A stretch of DNA of 64,000 nt from Candidatus Limnocylindrus sp. (GTDB lineage Bacteria; Chloroflexota; Limnocylindria; Limnocylindrales; Limnocylindraceae), in assembly GCA_040397175.1 (NCBI GenBank), contig JBBAWM010000002.1, positions 160,001 through 224,000 of the forward strand, written 5' to 3'. Of this stretch, positions 1 through 9,300 are shown in pieces. The notes below the pieces were generated by a model. The model ran no database searches. It was given only the letters and a program-made list of their open reading frames with translations, and was not told the origin of the DNA. The position numbers and the translations under genes were made by a program. How positions within the stretch are numbered: the stretch's first letter is position 1; every line of letters starts with the position of its first letter.

Positions 1-2
1 GC

Positions 3-218
3 ATCGTCGAGGAGCACGCGCTCGGCTGTGAGCGCGTCAGCCCGGGACTGGAGCGCCGCAGTCTCATCGCGCAGCTGCGCAAGGCGCGTATTCACCTGGA
101 TGACACCGACGAGATTCCGGCCAAACTCCACCACGAAGAGCGCCAGAATCAGCGCCTGCCCAATGAAGATGAGGGCGCCACGCGTGGTGCTGGTGCGTCG
201 ACGAATCATGACCCTCAT
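3..218 (-). CDS. Partial septum formation initiator (FtsB/DivIC-like), runs off the left edge
   Basis: Read manually: MRVMIRRRTSTTRGALIFIGQALILALFVVEFGRNLVGVIQVNTRLAQLRDETAALQSRADALTAERVLLDD. Basic N-terminus, one TM helix, then a coiled coil. Not in the ORF track. Confidence 0.55.
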   Translation of the reverse strand, partial: MRVMIRRRTSTTRGALIFIGQALILALFVVEFGRNLVGVIQVNTRLAQLRDETAALQSRADALTAERVLLDD

Positions 219-288
219 GCGGTCAGTTTCCGCGCCACATCCATCGGCGTCAAGCGGGGGCATCGCACGGGGTGATAACCTGCGCGGC

Positions 289-705
289 GTGTACTTCTAT
301 GAACTTCACGAGGCGGATGACGAACTCGCCATCGGCTTGACCCTGGCCCACGACGAGGCCTTCGCCCCGAGCGAGTTCCTGGCCATGGTGGAGACGGCTC
401 GGAGCCGGGTGATCGAAACCTTTACCGAAGAGACCCTCGTTGAGGCGATCGCCGCTGAGCTGGAGCGTGAGCATGATTTTGCCGCTGCCGTGGATTCCCG
501 GCTCGTGGCCGCAGTTGGCATCTCCTCCGAAGAGGGTGAGACGCGACTACTCGCACACGAAGGGGCAGGCGCCCACGCCGCTGATGAGGGCGAAGAGGAG
601 GATCCCGACCTCGCCATCGCTGAGGCGCTGCTCTCGGGGCGGGAGCCGATCGGCCTACGTACCGCCGTCGTGGATCTGGAGAAGAACGAGTCGCTCGACT
701 CCTAA
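289..705 (+). CDS. Acidic hypothetical protein (138 aa)
   Basis: ORF 28..705 trimmed to GTG 289, because the upstream part overlaps the ftsB-like gene and TG-A-TAACCT lies 7 nt before this GTG. Confidence 0.65.
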   Translation: MYFYELHEADDELAIGLTLAHDEAFAPSEFLAMVETARSRVIETFTEETLVEAIAAELEREHDFAAAVDSRLVAAVGISSEEGETRLLAHEGAGAHAADEGEEEDPDLAIAEALLSGREPIGLRTAVVDLEKNESLDS

Positions 706-721
706 CGCCAACGAGGGAGAA

Positions 722-2329
722 CTACCAGCGCGCGAGTCCCTTGGAGCCTGTCCACACGCGACTCATGATCGGAAGGCCATCTGTCGCCACGTCGACAAAA
801 TTTGGTTGAGATTGATTGATGATCACGGTCGGCAACATGCGCGTGCTGATCAATCGCGAGCCCGCAAACGTTGATTCGATCACGATCCCTTCGGAGGTCT
901 CGACAGACCAGTTCTGATCAAAGACAAAGTTCCCCATTGAGTAGAAGACAGGCTTTCCATTGATGATCTCCATCGCACTCGCCCAGTGCGAATGTGAGCC
1001 GAGTACCATGTCGGCACCAGCCGTAATCGCAACCTTGGCCAATCGCCGCTGCGAGGGTGTCGGCTGGGACTGGAACTCGTCACCCCAATGGGGAAAGACG
1101 ATCACGAAGTCTGCGCCAGCGGCGCGCGCGGCTCGAATCGAGGCACGCAACTCGGGCGTTCCAATAGGCGCACTTCCCGCTCGGGCGACGCGAGCGTGAT
1201 ATCCCGGATTTACCTGGTCAACGGCGACAATACCCACGGTGATGCCGCCCACCTGGGTGAGCCAGGGGCGCTGCGCCTCAGCGAGGTTCGCACCAGCGCC
1301 GCCGCTCTGCATGCCCGCCGCGCGCACAGCGCTTACCGTCTCTGGGATCCGTGCAATGCCTCCGTCACCGACGTGATTATTCGCGAGAGAGAGGAAGTCG
1401 AATCCCGCCTCCTTGATGACTCGTAGGAGCGCAGGGTTTCCCGTGAAGGTCGTCCCAGAGTTGTGCTGTTGCCACCGCTTCGGCGTTGGCGATTCAAGGT
1501 TTGCGATCGAAAGATCTGCATCTTGGAAGAGTGACCGCATCAGGCCGTTGATGCCTCCATCGCGCACAAGGTGCGCGGCGACGCGCGGCACGCCAAATTG
1601 GCTGCAGCAGGTCGTTCCGGTGATATCGGCAAATCCGCCGTCAAAGATCGAGTCGGCTCCGCGCGCGGTGCGCTTTGCTCGATAGGCAACGCCACGATCA
1701 AGGAGGATGTCACCGCCAGCTGCCAACGTCCATGCGGTCGCAGGGTCATAGGCAAGTGGCCCAGAGAGCCACTCGGCGGGGATGCTTGTGTCCACGGGGA
1801 GCTCGGCGCGCAGGGGCCACTCTGCGAGCGACGCAACGTGATACACGCCGACGATTGCCGCACCCTCCCAGGAGAGCGTGCGCAGTGCCGGCTCGAGGGC
1901 GGCGAGTCGAACGAAGCCGGCCGCCTTCTCATCGGCGGCGAGTGCCACCTTGAGCGCGCTGCGATCGGCGACAAGGGTCAGTCGCGCTGCGATTGAGGTG
2001 GCCGAGAGTCCGAGCGCCTCCAAGATGGCGGTCGACTCGGGCGCAATCAGGACGAGCTTGGTGATTGGCTGCCGCCCTCCCACCTCTGCAAGTCGCGCGA
2101 GCCCGGCGCTCGTGAGCGCGGTGAGGGTGCTGCGATAGCCAGCGACGGGGATCAGCGGACTCGATGTTTCGCTGGCGGGTGATGTCTGTGCGCCTGCTGA
2201 GGGGTCTGCACTTGCACCCGATGGCGCAGCCGACGTGGTGCAGGCGGCGGCGAGCAGGAGGGCCAGCGCGAGCGTGAACAGGCCGCGCCGTCGTGGGGAT
2301 GGAGCCTCGTCCCGATCAGTCGTAATCAC
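722..2329 (-). CDS. CapA/PgsA-family metallophosphoesterase-like lipoprotein
   Basis: Lipobox-like LLLAAAC and motifs GGDIL, NLES, ANNH, FPHWG, GSHSH, YSMGNF. Confidence 0.85.
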   Translation of the reverse strand: MITTDRDEAPSPRRRGLFTLALALLLAAACTTSAAPSGASADPSAGAQTSPASETSSPLIPVAGYRSTLTALTSAGLARLAEVGGRQPITKLVLIAPESTAILEALGLSATSIAARLTLVADRSALKVALAADEKAAGFVRLAALEPALRTLSWEGAAIVGVYHVASLAEWPLRAELPVDTSIPAEWLSGPLAYDPATAWTLAAGGDILLDRGVAYRAKRTARGADSIFDGGFADITGTTCCSQFGVPRVAAHLVRDGGINGLMRSLFQDADLSIANLESPTPKRWQQHNSGTTFTGNPALLRVIKEAGFDFLSLANNHVGDGGIARIPETVSAVRAAGMQSGGAGANLAEAQRPWLTQVGGITVGIVAVDQVNPGYHARVARAGSAPIGTPELRASIRAARAAGADFVIVFPHWGDEFQSQPTPSQRRLAKVAITAGADMVLGSHSHWASAMEIINGKPVFYSMGNFVFDQNWSVETSEGIVIESTFAGSRLISTRMLPTVIINQSQPNFVDVATDGLPIMSRVWTGSKGLARW

Positions 2330-2346
2330 ACCGCTATCCTACCCGC
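2330..2346. promoter_or_regulatory. Putative bidirectional leaderless -10 promoter
   Basis: TATCCT (+, 2335-2340) lies 6 nt before ATG 2347. TAGGAT (-, 2341-2336) lies 6 nt before GTG 2329. No SD on either side. Confidence 0.65.
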
Positions 2347-3102
2347 ATGGAGCAACCTTTCCACCCTACGGGTCCAACGCTCATCGCCGCCGCGCTCAGT
2401 CAGGAGCGTGCCGCGCTTGAGGCGCTCGCTACGGACCTCACCCCCTACAGCATCCCTGGTCTCGCCGACGGGGCGCTGCTCACCGGTCTCATCGACGGAC
2501 ACCCGGTGGCACTCCTGCGATGCGGCGTTGGCAAGGTCGCCTCCGTCGTTGCGGTCACCGCGGCACTCGCCCTTGAGCCGCGCTGCGTCATCTCCGTTGG
2601 CTCTGCAGGTGCCCTTCATGCGGGATATCGCGTCGGCGACGTCCTGCTTGCAGAGAGCGTCCTGCAGCACGACTTTGCCGCTGCAGAGTCCGATGGCTTT
2701 CGACTCTTCGGCTACGGCTCGGATGTTCCCTCCACGGGCGAACCACTCCTCGTCGCTGATCCCGAACTGATCACTGCGGCATTCGCCGCCGCTGCACCAG
2801 CAACGGCGAGGCTTGGGATCAGCCTTCGTCGCGGACGAATCGCAACCGGCGACTGGTTCGTTGCCGACCCAGCGGTTCGCGATGCGATTGCTACGAGAAG
2901 CGCAGCGGACCTTGTCGAGATGGAGGGGGCGGCCATTGCCTACGCAGCGCGCGCGCACCACACCCCCTGGTTGGTGATTCGGAGCGTGAGTGACTCTGGC
3001 GATGGTGCAGCCACGCAAAGCTTCTGGGAGTACCTCGCCCTCGCCTCAAAGAACGCCGCAGAGATCGTTCGCGCCATCTTGCCCGCGCTGAAAGGCCGCT
3101 AG
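2347..3102 (+). CDS. mtnN: 5'-methylthioadenosine/S-adenosylhomocysteine nucleosidase
   Basis: CGVGKV, VGSAG, IATGDWFV, VEMEGAA and IRSVSD motifs. Confidence 0.85.
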   Translation: MEQPFHPTGPTLIAAALSQERAALEALATDLTPYSIPGLADGALLTGLIDGHPVALLRCGVGKVASVVAVTAALALEPRCVISVGSAGALHAGYRVGDVLLAESVLQHDFAAAESDGFRLFGYGSDVPSTGEPLLVADPELITAAFAAAAPATARLGISLRRGRIATGDWFVADPAVRDAIATRSAADLVEMEGAAIAYAARAHHTPWLVIRSVSDSGDGAATQSFWEYLALASKNAAEIVRAILPALKGR

Positions 3103-3989
3103 CCGCGCCCCGTTCCCAGCAGGATCTGCTGCGCGCGCGGGGCTGTGTGGCCAAAGAGACGGGTGGCCAGCGCGTCAACCGTCGCCGGTTGACCCGTCGT
3201 AAAAATCTGATGGGTCGGCAGCACGGGCGCCGATTCGGGTGCTGAATGACCAAGATGACCGGCGTCGGCCGCCGTTCCGCGACTCGATCCTGGTGCCTCG
3301 AGCCCATTCACCGCGATGATCTGCTGGATGAAGCTCGCCGTCGCCGCCGCAGAATCCACCACCGCAATTGGAGCGCCGAGCGCCGCATCGATTGCGCCGC
3401 GAATCAGTGGGAAGTGCGTACAACCGAGCAACAGGGTGTCGATACGCTCGCTCGGACTGCCGGCGAGAAAGGGATCAATCGCCGCGTGGATGGCGTCACT
3501 CATCTCTTGGGTGTTCGTGAGCCCTGCCTCAATAAGGGGGACCAGCTCGGAGGCGGCTCGCTCGAGCACCAACGTGCCAGGATTCTCATCCTTGATCGCC
3601 GCAAAGTAGGCACGCGACCGCACGGTGGCTACCGTTGCCAACACGCCGACCCGACCGGTGCGCGTGGCGAGCGCCGCTGCTGCCGCACCCGGTCGAATCA
3701 CACCGATGATTGGCGTAGTGGGGTGCCGCTCGCGGAGATGCTCTAGTGCCACCGCGGTCGCAGTGTTGCAGGCAATGATGATCGCCTTGACGCCGCGCGC
3801 TACCAACTCATCGCTGAGCTCTTCGGCGAAGGTGCGCACCTCGGCTTCGCTCCGCGTGCCGTATGGGTGACGGGCACTATCACCAATGTAGATGGTGGAT
3901 TCGGCTGGGAGACGGGCCTGTACCTCACGCAGCACGGTGAGGCCGCCGATTCCTGAATCAAAGAGGCCGATTGGGCGTGCGTCACTCAT
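3099..3989 (-). CDS. murI: Glutamate racemase
   Basis: FDSGIGG, PYG, IACNTA and LGCTHF motifs. Start trimmed to MSDARP at 3989. Confidence 0.95.
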   Translation of the reverse strand: MSDARPIGLFDSGIGGLTVLREVQARLPAESTIYIGDSARHPYGTRSEAEVRTFAEELSDELVARGVKAIIIACNTATAVALEHLRERHPTTPIIGVIRPGAAAAALATRTGRVGVLATVATVRSRAYFAAIKDENPGTLVLERAASELVPLIEAGLTNTQEMSDAIHAAIDPFLAGSPSERIDTLLLGCTHFPLIRGAIDAALGAPIAVVDSAAATASFIQQIIAVNGLEAPGSSRGTAADAGHLGHSAPESAPVLPTHQIFTTGQPATVDALATRLFGHTAPRAQQILLGTGRG

Positions 3990-4734
3990 GAACTGACCGT
4001 AGCAGCCAGCGCAGACGGTCGTCGGCGCCGACCCTCGTGACGCGTAGGCCAGCGGCGTCGGCAAGGGCGCGCACCTCATCGGCCTGCCAGGCACGAATTG
4101 CAAACGGAGGTCGATCGGGATAGATCTGCGTGAGGAGGCCGTTCTCCCCAACCTCTCGATGGCGAATCTCCAGGAGGACGGTGTTGGTACGAGCCTGGGG
4201 GTCGGGCGTAATGCGGCTTTCGCGTCGAACCGGGCCGAAGTCGGTATCTGCACGCTCGAGGTCCAGGCTCCACTCACCCGCAACCTCATCGGCGAAGAGC
4301 TGTGGGTCCATACAGGTGGCATCGAGACCCACCTGCCCGCCACGTGCGCAGTGCACCGCTGCGGTTTGCAACAACGCTTCCAAGTCATCAGGAGCAGTCA
4401 TGATCGAGAGGAGATCACCGCCGAGGATCACGAGACTGGCTGCGGTCCCCTCACCACGCCAGCGTCGGCCATCCGCAACGATCCAATCGGCCGAAGGGGC
4501 GCGTTCGGCGGCCAAGCTGAGGGCGGCCACATCGAGATCGACGCCGATCAGCTGCCGCTCAGCGGCGCCGAGAGCGGTCAGGATGCGACCTGCGCCACAA
4601 CCAATCTCAAGAATTGGGCCAGTCGATTCCGCCGCTACCCCCTGCCAATACGCCAGGTCGCCGTCGGCGGCGAAGGTTAAGTCGCGCTCGTCGGCGAGCA
4701 GGCGACTCCGTATCTCAGATGCGGTTTCGCTCAG
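3982..4734 (-). CDS. Class I SAM-dependent methyltransferase (probable CTG start)
   Basis: The frame of ORF 3982..4530 stays open upstream and encodes ILEIGCGAGR (motif I) and IGVDLD. CTG at 4734 overlaps the agmatinase TGA, with GGGAG upstream. Confidence 0.75.
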   Translation of the reverse strand: MSETASEIRSRLLADERDLTFAADGDLAYWQGVAAESTGPILEIGCGAGRILTALGAAERQLIGVDLDVAALSLAAERAPSADWIVADGRRWRGEGTAASLVILGGDLLSIMTAPDDLEALLQTAAVHCARGGQVGLDATCMDPQLFADEVAGEWSLDLERADTDFGPVRRESRITPDPQARTNTVLLEIRHREVGENGLLTQIYPDRPPFAIRAWQADEVRALADAAGLRVTRVGADDRLRWLLRSVHE

Positions 4735-5801
4735 CGGGAGGGCTCCCAGCGTATGGTCTCGCCAGATTCCTTGCGCTTCGCTAGCGCACTAATCACCTCG
4801 AGGGCGGCCCGATTTGCAATCATCGCCGTCGACTCAGCCCAGTCGTACGGCGGTGAGACCTCAACAATGTCCATCCCCGCGATCGGCACCTGTGCAGCGA
4901 TCTGCCGGAGCCCACGGAGCAGCTCGCGCGAGAGCATCCCGCCTGGCTCGGGTGTACCCGTCCCCGGCGCAAGTCCTGGGTCGACCACATCAATATCGAG
5001 GCTGATCCAGATTGCGTCTGGGCCGTCGAGGGCCTCGGCGATCGCCGTCGCGATGACCGCCTCGGAGCCGCGCTCCTCGATCTCGGTCATGAAGTGACTG
5101 CGCATGCCGTGGTCACGCATCCAACCGAGCGTCTCCTTGTCGGGGAAGTAGCCGCGCAGGCCAACCTGCACAAAGTTCTTACCGAGCACTGCGCCAGACT
5201 CAATGAGGCGACGCATCGGAGAACCGTGACTGTGGAGCGAGCCATAGCCATCAATCGAGGCGTCGGCGTGTGCATCGAAGTGCACGATGCCGATGCGCTG
5301 CGGCCACCGCATCTCCGCAATCGCCGTAGCATTCGGCCAGGTGATGGAGTGATCACCGCCGAGCACGATTGGAATGGCACCGGTCTCAGCCACCTCACGA
5401 ACCTTGCGATAGATTGCGCCATGTCCATATTCAAGACGTCCTGGATAGACCAGTGCGTCACCAGCATCAACGGCGGTCAGTGCGGTGAAGGGCTCCACGC
5501 CAACCTGCAGGGAGTGGAGCGTGCCAGTTTGGTATTGCGCCTCTCGAATCGCGCGCGGACCGAACCGTGTTCCAGGACGGTGGGTCACCGCATCGTCAAA
5601 TGGGGCGCCAATGATGGCGATGTCCGCCTTGCGACGGCGGATCTCGGCGACATCCTCGACCCACGGGAGTTGCGCGAAGCTGACCGGACCAACATACGAA
5701 GGGCGGTCGAGGGGATCGCGCTGCTCTGGGGTGCCGCTCCAGCCGAACGCGGCGAGGGAGGCGGCGAAGGGTGGGGTGTTCGGGCTCATATTGATCACCA
5801 T
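4731..5801 (-). CDS. speB: Agmatinase / ureohydrolase family
   Basis: GAPFD, GTRFGP, GGDHS, HFDAHAD, DIDVVDP and GTGTPEPGG motifs. Alternative start at 5789. Substrate not certain. Confidence 0.85.
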   Translation of the reverse strand: MVINMSPNTPPFAASLAAFGWSGTPEQRDPLDRPSYVGPVSFAQLPWVEDVAEIRRRKADIAIIGAPFDDAVTHRPGTRFGPRAIREAQYQTGTLHSLQVGVEPFTALTAVDAGDALVYPGRLEYGHGAIYRKVREVAETGAIPIVLGGDHSITWPNATAIAEMRWPQRIGIVHFDAHADASIDGYGSLHSHGSPMRRLIESGAVLGKNFVQVGLRGYFPDKETLGWMRDHGMRSHFMTEIEERGSEAVIATAIAEALDGPDAIWISLDIDVVDPGLAPGTGTPEPGGMLSRELLRGLRQIAAQVPIAGMDIVEVSPPYDWAESTAMIANRAALEVISALAKRKESGETIRWEPSR

Positions 5802-5884
5802 TGATTCAGATGCGCCGCCGGTGCGAGCCGACGTCCAGCAGGGCGCGCGGTAATCCTACACCCCTCCAGGGGCAGATTTGAAGC

Positions 5885-6397
5885 CTAGACCGAGTCGATC
5901 TCACCCCGTGAGATCGCCGCCTCGGCCACGGCCACGAGGGCTATGGCGATGAACAGGCCCGTTGGGCTACCCAGTCCAATAATGCGCAGGGCGAGATAGC
6001 CGCCGATCAGGCCCCCCGCAAATAGCCCACGACGCAGGCTCCGACGACGGCGAACCCGCCACACACCTGGATGCCCGTGAAATGAACGCAGCTGCAAGAG
6101 TGCGACAAGCCCGAGCGTCACGGTGAGGGCGAGCGAACCGGCGACGCCAAGAGCACGCGTGGGTTCCGCAACAGGATCGATCGTCAGCGCGCCGAGGGTG
6201 GTGAGCATCGCCATAATCAGCGCACCAGCAGCGAGTACTCGGATGAGGCGCTGTTCCGCAGCGGGGATTCGTGGGGGTGCAGGAGGTACGACGGTCGTAC
6301 GCAACACCTTCCCAGCAACTGGCGAGGCGGGCTGGTCATTCAGCGGCAGCTCAAGTTGCTCCGTGGGGCTGCGGCGCTCTCCGTCACGGAGCGTCAT
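5885..6397 (-). CDS. Hypothetical membrane protein (~4 TM)
   Basis: Hydrophobic segments. ATGA overlap with the helicase stop. Confidence 0.7.
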   Translation of the reverse strand: MTLRDGERRSPTEQLELPLNDQPASPVAGKVLRTTVVPPAPPRIPAAEQRLIRVLAAGALIMAMLTTLGALTIDPVAEPTRALGVAGSLALTVTLGLVALLQLRSFHGHPGVWRVRRRRSLRRGLFAGGLIGGYLALRIIGLGSPTGLFIAIALVAVAEAAISRGEIDSV

Positions 6398-9300
6398 GCG
6401 GGCCTCCCGGCCGGGGCCTTCGAAGCTGGGCAGAGCTCACGATAGGAACAGTAGGTGCAGGTCATGAGCTCCGGCTTCGGCTCCATCACACCAGTAAGGA
6501 TCCCCTCCGCGGCAAGCACGATCTGTTCTCGCGCCTTCATGATGCGTTTCGGTTCTACCGGAACGGTGGCAACGCGGCCAGTATCCAGGAATCGCAAGCT
6601 CACCTCGTCGGGGAGGCGACCCGTCGCAGCGCGCCACGCGAGCGCGTAGAGCTGCAGCTGTAGTGACTCCTTTGCCCGCTTACGACTCGCCTCCTCATCA
6701 TCACGACCACCTGTCTTGTAGTCACTGACCACGACCCACTCATCGTCACCGAGTGGAAGGGTTGGCCGCAGCACGTCACCTGGAACATCGATGGTGGGGA
6801 TCGGTGCGCTGCGGCCTTCGGGCGGAAGGGCCTGCACATCCACGCGATCCCAACGTCCGCGAATCTTGTGCCCGCCAAGTTCGAATGAGAAGTCCTGCTC
6901 TACGTAGGCCGGCACGTGACCCGTGGCGATCTCCTCACTGCGGAATCGCGCAATCGCCTCCTGGGCCGCTGTATGCCGAGCCTCTTCATGGCTGCGCGAA
7001 AGGAATCCGGCGCTTTGCCAACTGCGCTCCAGGGCGGCACAGAGCTGGTCGAGTTGCGGCGGTGCGCCGGCCATCTGGCCACGGTGGAATTCGGCCACAG
7101 CGGCGTGCATCGCAGCGCCGTAGGTTGCAGAGTGATGCGGCGGCAGTGGAATGCGAAGTCGCTGCTGATAGTGATACCGCAGCGGACAGGCAATGAAGGC
7201 CTCGATCGCCGTAAAGCTCAGGGTGAGCGGTGCACTCTCAGCCAGCACAGGTTCACGGTGCGGGAGTACTGGGAGTGGTGGGGCGACAATTGCGAGGCCC
7301 TCGATGGTGGAGGTCGGCTCACCCGTCAGCGGGAACTTCTCGAGCTGCTCTCGACTGAGGTCGAGTGCCTCCGCAATGAAGCGGCTGACCTTTCTCGGTC
7401 GCACGCCACCGCTGCTCCGCTCCGCAGCGGTGAGCGCTAGGCGCTCGCACGCCCTGGTCAGTGCGACGTAGGCGAGGCGTCGCTCCTCACGCAACGCCTC
7501 CTCTTCCTCCTCGGTTGCGCCTTCTGGGGTACGCGGATCGCGCGGCACCACATCATCAGCGCCCCCAAGTTCTGCCGCGAGCGCGAGGCGCGGCGGTCGA
7601 CCTTTGGCTGGGAAGCGCCCCTCTACGAGGTTCGCAACAAAGATCACGGGGAACTCCAGCCCTTTCGCCTGGTGAATGGTGAGAAGTGCGACTGCGTCAA
7701 GGTCTGGATCAACATCGGCAGCCGACGGATCATCCCCCGCCTCGCCGAGCTCCTCGAGGTAGCGCACAAGGAATGGGGCGCGATCGAGCTCCAGCAGTCG
7801 GCTGCGCGAGCGCACCACATCGAAGAGGCGTCCGATGTTGCGGATTCGCTCGTCGGACTCTGGCGTGGCTTCACGGGTGAGCTCGGCGAGCAGGCCTGAT
7901 TCACGCAGCCAGCGATAGAGCACCTCGCCGCTCGTTCGCTCCACGCTCTCTTGCACCACTCCTGCGAGACGTTCCAGGAGTCGATCTGTGGCCTCGTTCC
8001 CCGCCCCAACCGTGGCAAGGCTCTCGCGCAGCGAGATGTGGTCGCGGCGCGACTTGCCAACGGCGGCGGCCAGGATCGTGGGCGGCACCTTAAAGCGCGA
8101 CTCGGCGGCGATGAGGAAGAGTGGCGCCGCGGCATCTGGGTCAGCCGCATGGCGCAGGCCCGCCAAGAGGAGGCGCACCTCGGGGCGATCGTAGAGACCG
8201 GCAGCGCCACTTGAGCGCCACGGGATGCCGAGCATGTTGAGGCTTCGGCCCACCTCCACGCTGTCAACGTTTGCGCGCACGAGCACCGCGTGATCGCGGG
8301 CGCGCCGTCCCCCCGCGATGGATTCGCGGATCTCGGCGGCGATCCAATCGGCCTCGTTTGCCGTGGTGCGGAATCGGCGGAAGGTCACCGGCAGCGAATC
8401 CCCGGGCATCCCCTCCGGCGTAAGCTCCTTGGAGATCCCGAGGCGAACCTCGAGTCGCTCGGGGTCGTTGAACCGAATGAGCCGCCGCGCCGCGGCCAGT
8501 ACTGAGCCCGTACTTCGATAGTTCTTCGTCAAGACGACCTTGCTCGCATCAGGGTAGCGCTCGGTGAAGTTGAGGATGTTGCTGATCGCTGCCCCACGGA
8601 ATCGATAGATTGATTGGTCGTCGTCGCCGACAACGGTGAGATTGCGTCGCCCATCCGCAAGCAGATCGACGAGTGCACCCTGTAGTCGGTTCGTATCTTG
8701 GTACTCGTCGACCAGAATCCAGCGATGCTGCTCCCGCGCGCGTGCAGCGACAAGGGGGTCGTCGAGCAGCAGCTCATAGGCGCGCAACACTTGATCCCCG
8801 AAATCAATGAGGCCACGCTCATTCAAGATCGTGCGATAGGTGCGCAGTGCCGCGCTCAGCTCCCCATGCTCGGTGGCGAGGAGATCTACGGCGTCGGCAT
8901 ACGAGACAAGGTTCCGCCGGAGCTCCAGATCGGCGATCGCCGGTGCGGCGCTCCGTGCCTCGCTCGCGCGTGCCTGGAGTTCGGTTGCGAACCCCTGGAT
9001 CTCATCGGGACCAAGTGCCTCATCCTTGGCGCGTGAAAAGTAGGCGGCGATGTCACCGAGAAAGCGTGTCGGATCGCCGAGTGGCAAGAACCGCTTGAGG
9101 CCAAGTGCAAAGAGATGCTCGCGAAGGAGTAGCACGACTTCGGCGCGCCCCAAGACACGCAACTCGCCCGAGAGTCCCAAGCGATGGGCATTGGCGCGGA
9201 GCAGCTCGTCGCCCCACGCGTGGAAGGTCTTGATAGGGGTCGTGGCGTAGCCGTAGGGAACGAGGCGATCGACGCGCCCCTGCATCTCCTCCGCCGCACG

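Noticed and set aside
28-288. N-terminal 87 codons of ORF 28..705
   Set aside because: Overlaps the ftsB-like gene on the opposite strand. GTG 289 is the better start.
3990-4388. N-terminal extension of the murI ORF (similar extensions on ridA, tsaD, rpmD, rplE, rpsQ, rplB, rpoB)
   Set aside because: ORF-caller overextension into the upstream gene or leader. Homology begins at the downstream starts given.
6394-7220. Cas4-like nuclease as a sign of a CRISPR or defence locus
   Set aside because: The domain is fused to a UvrD helicase. No repeat-spacer array or other cas genes were seen in the window.
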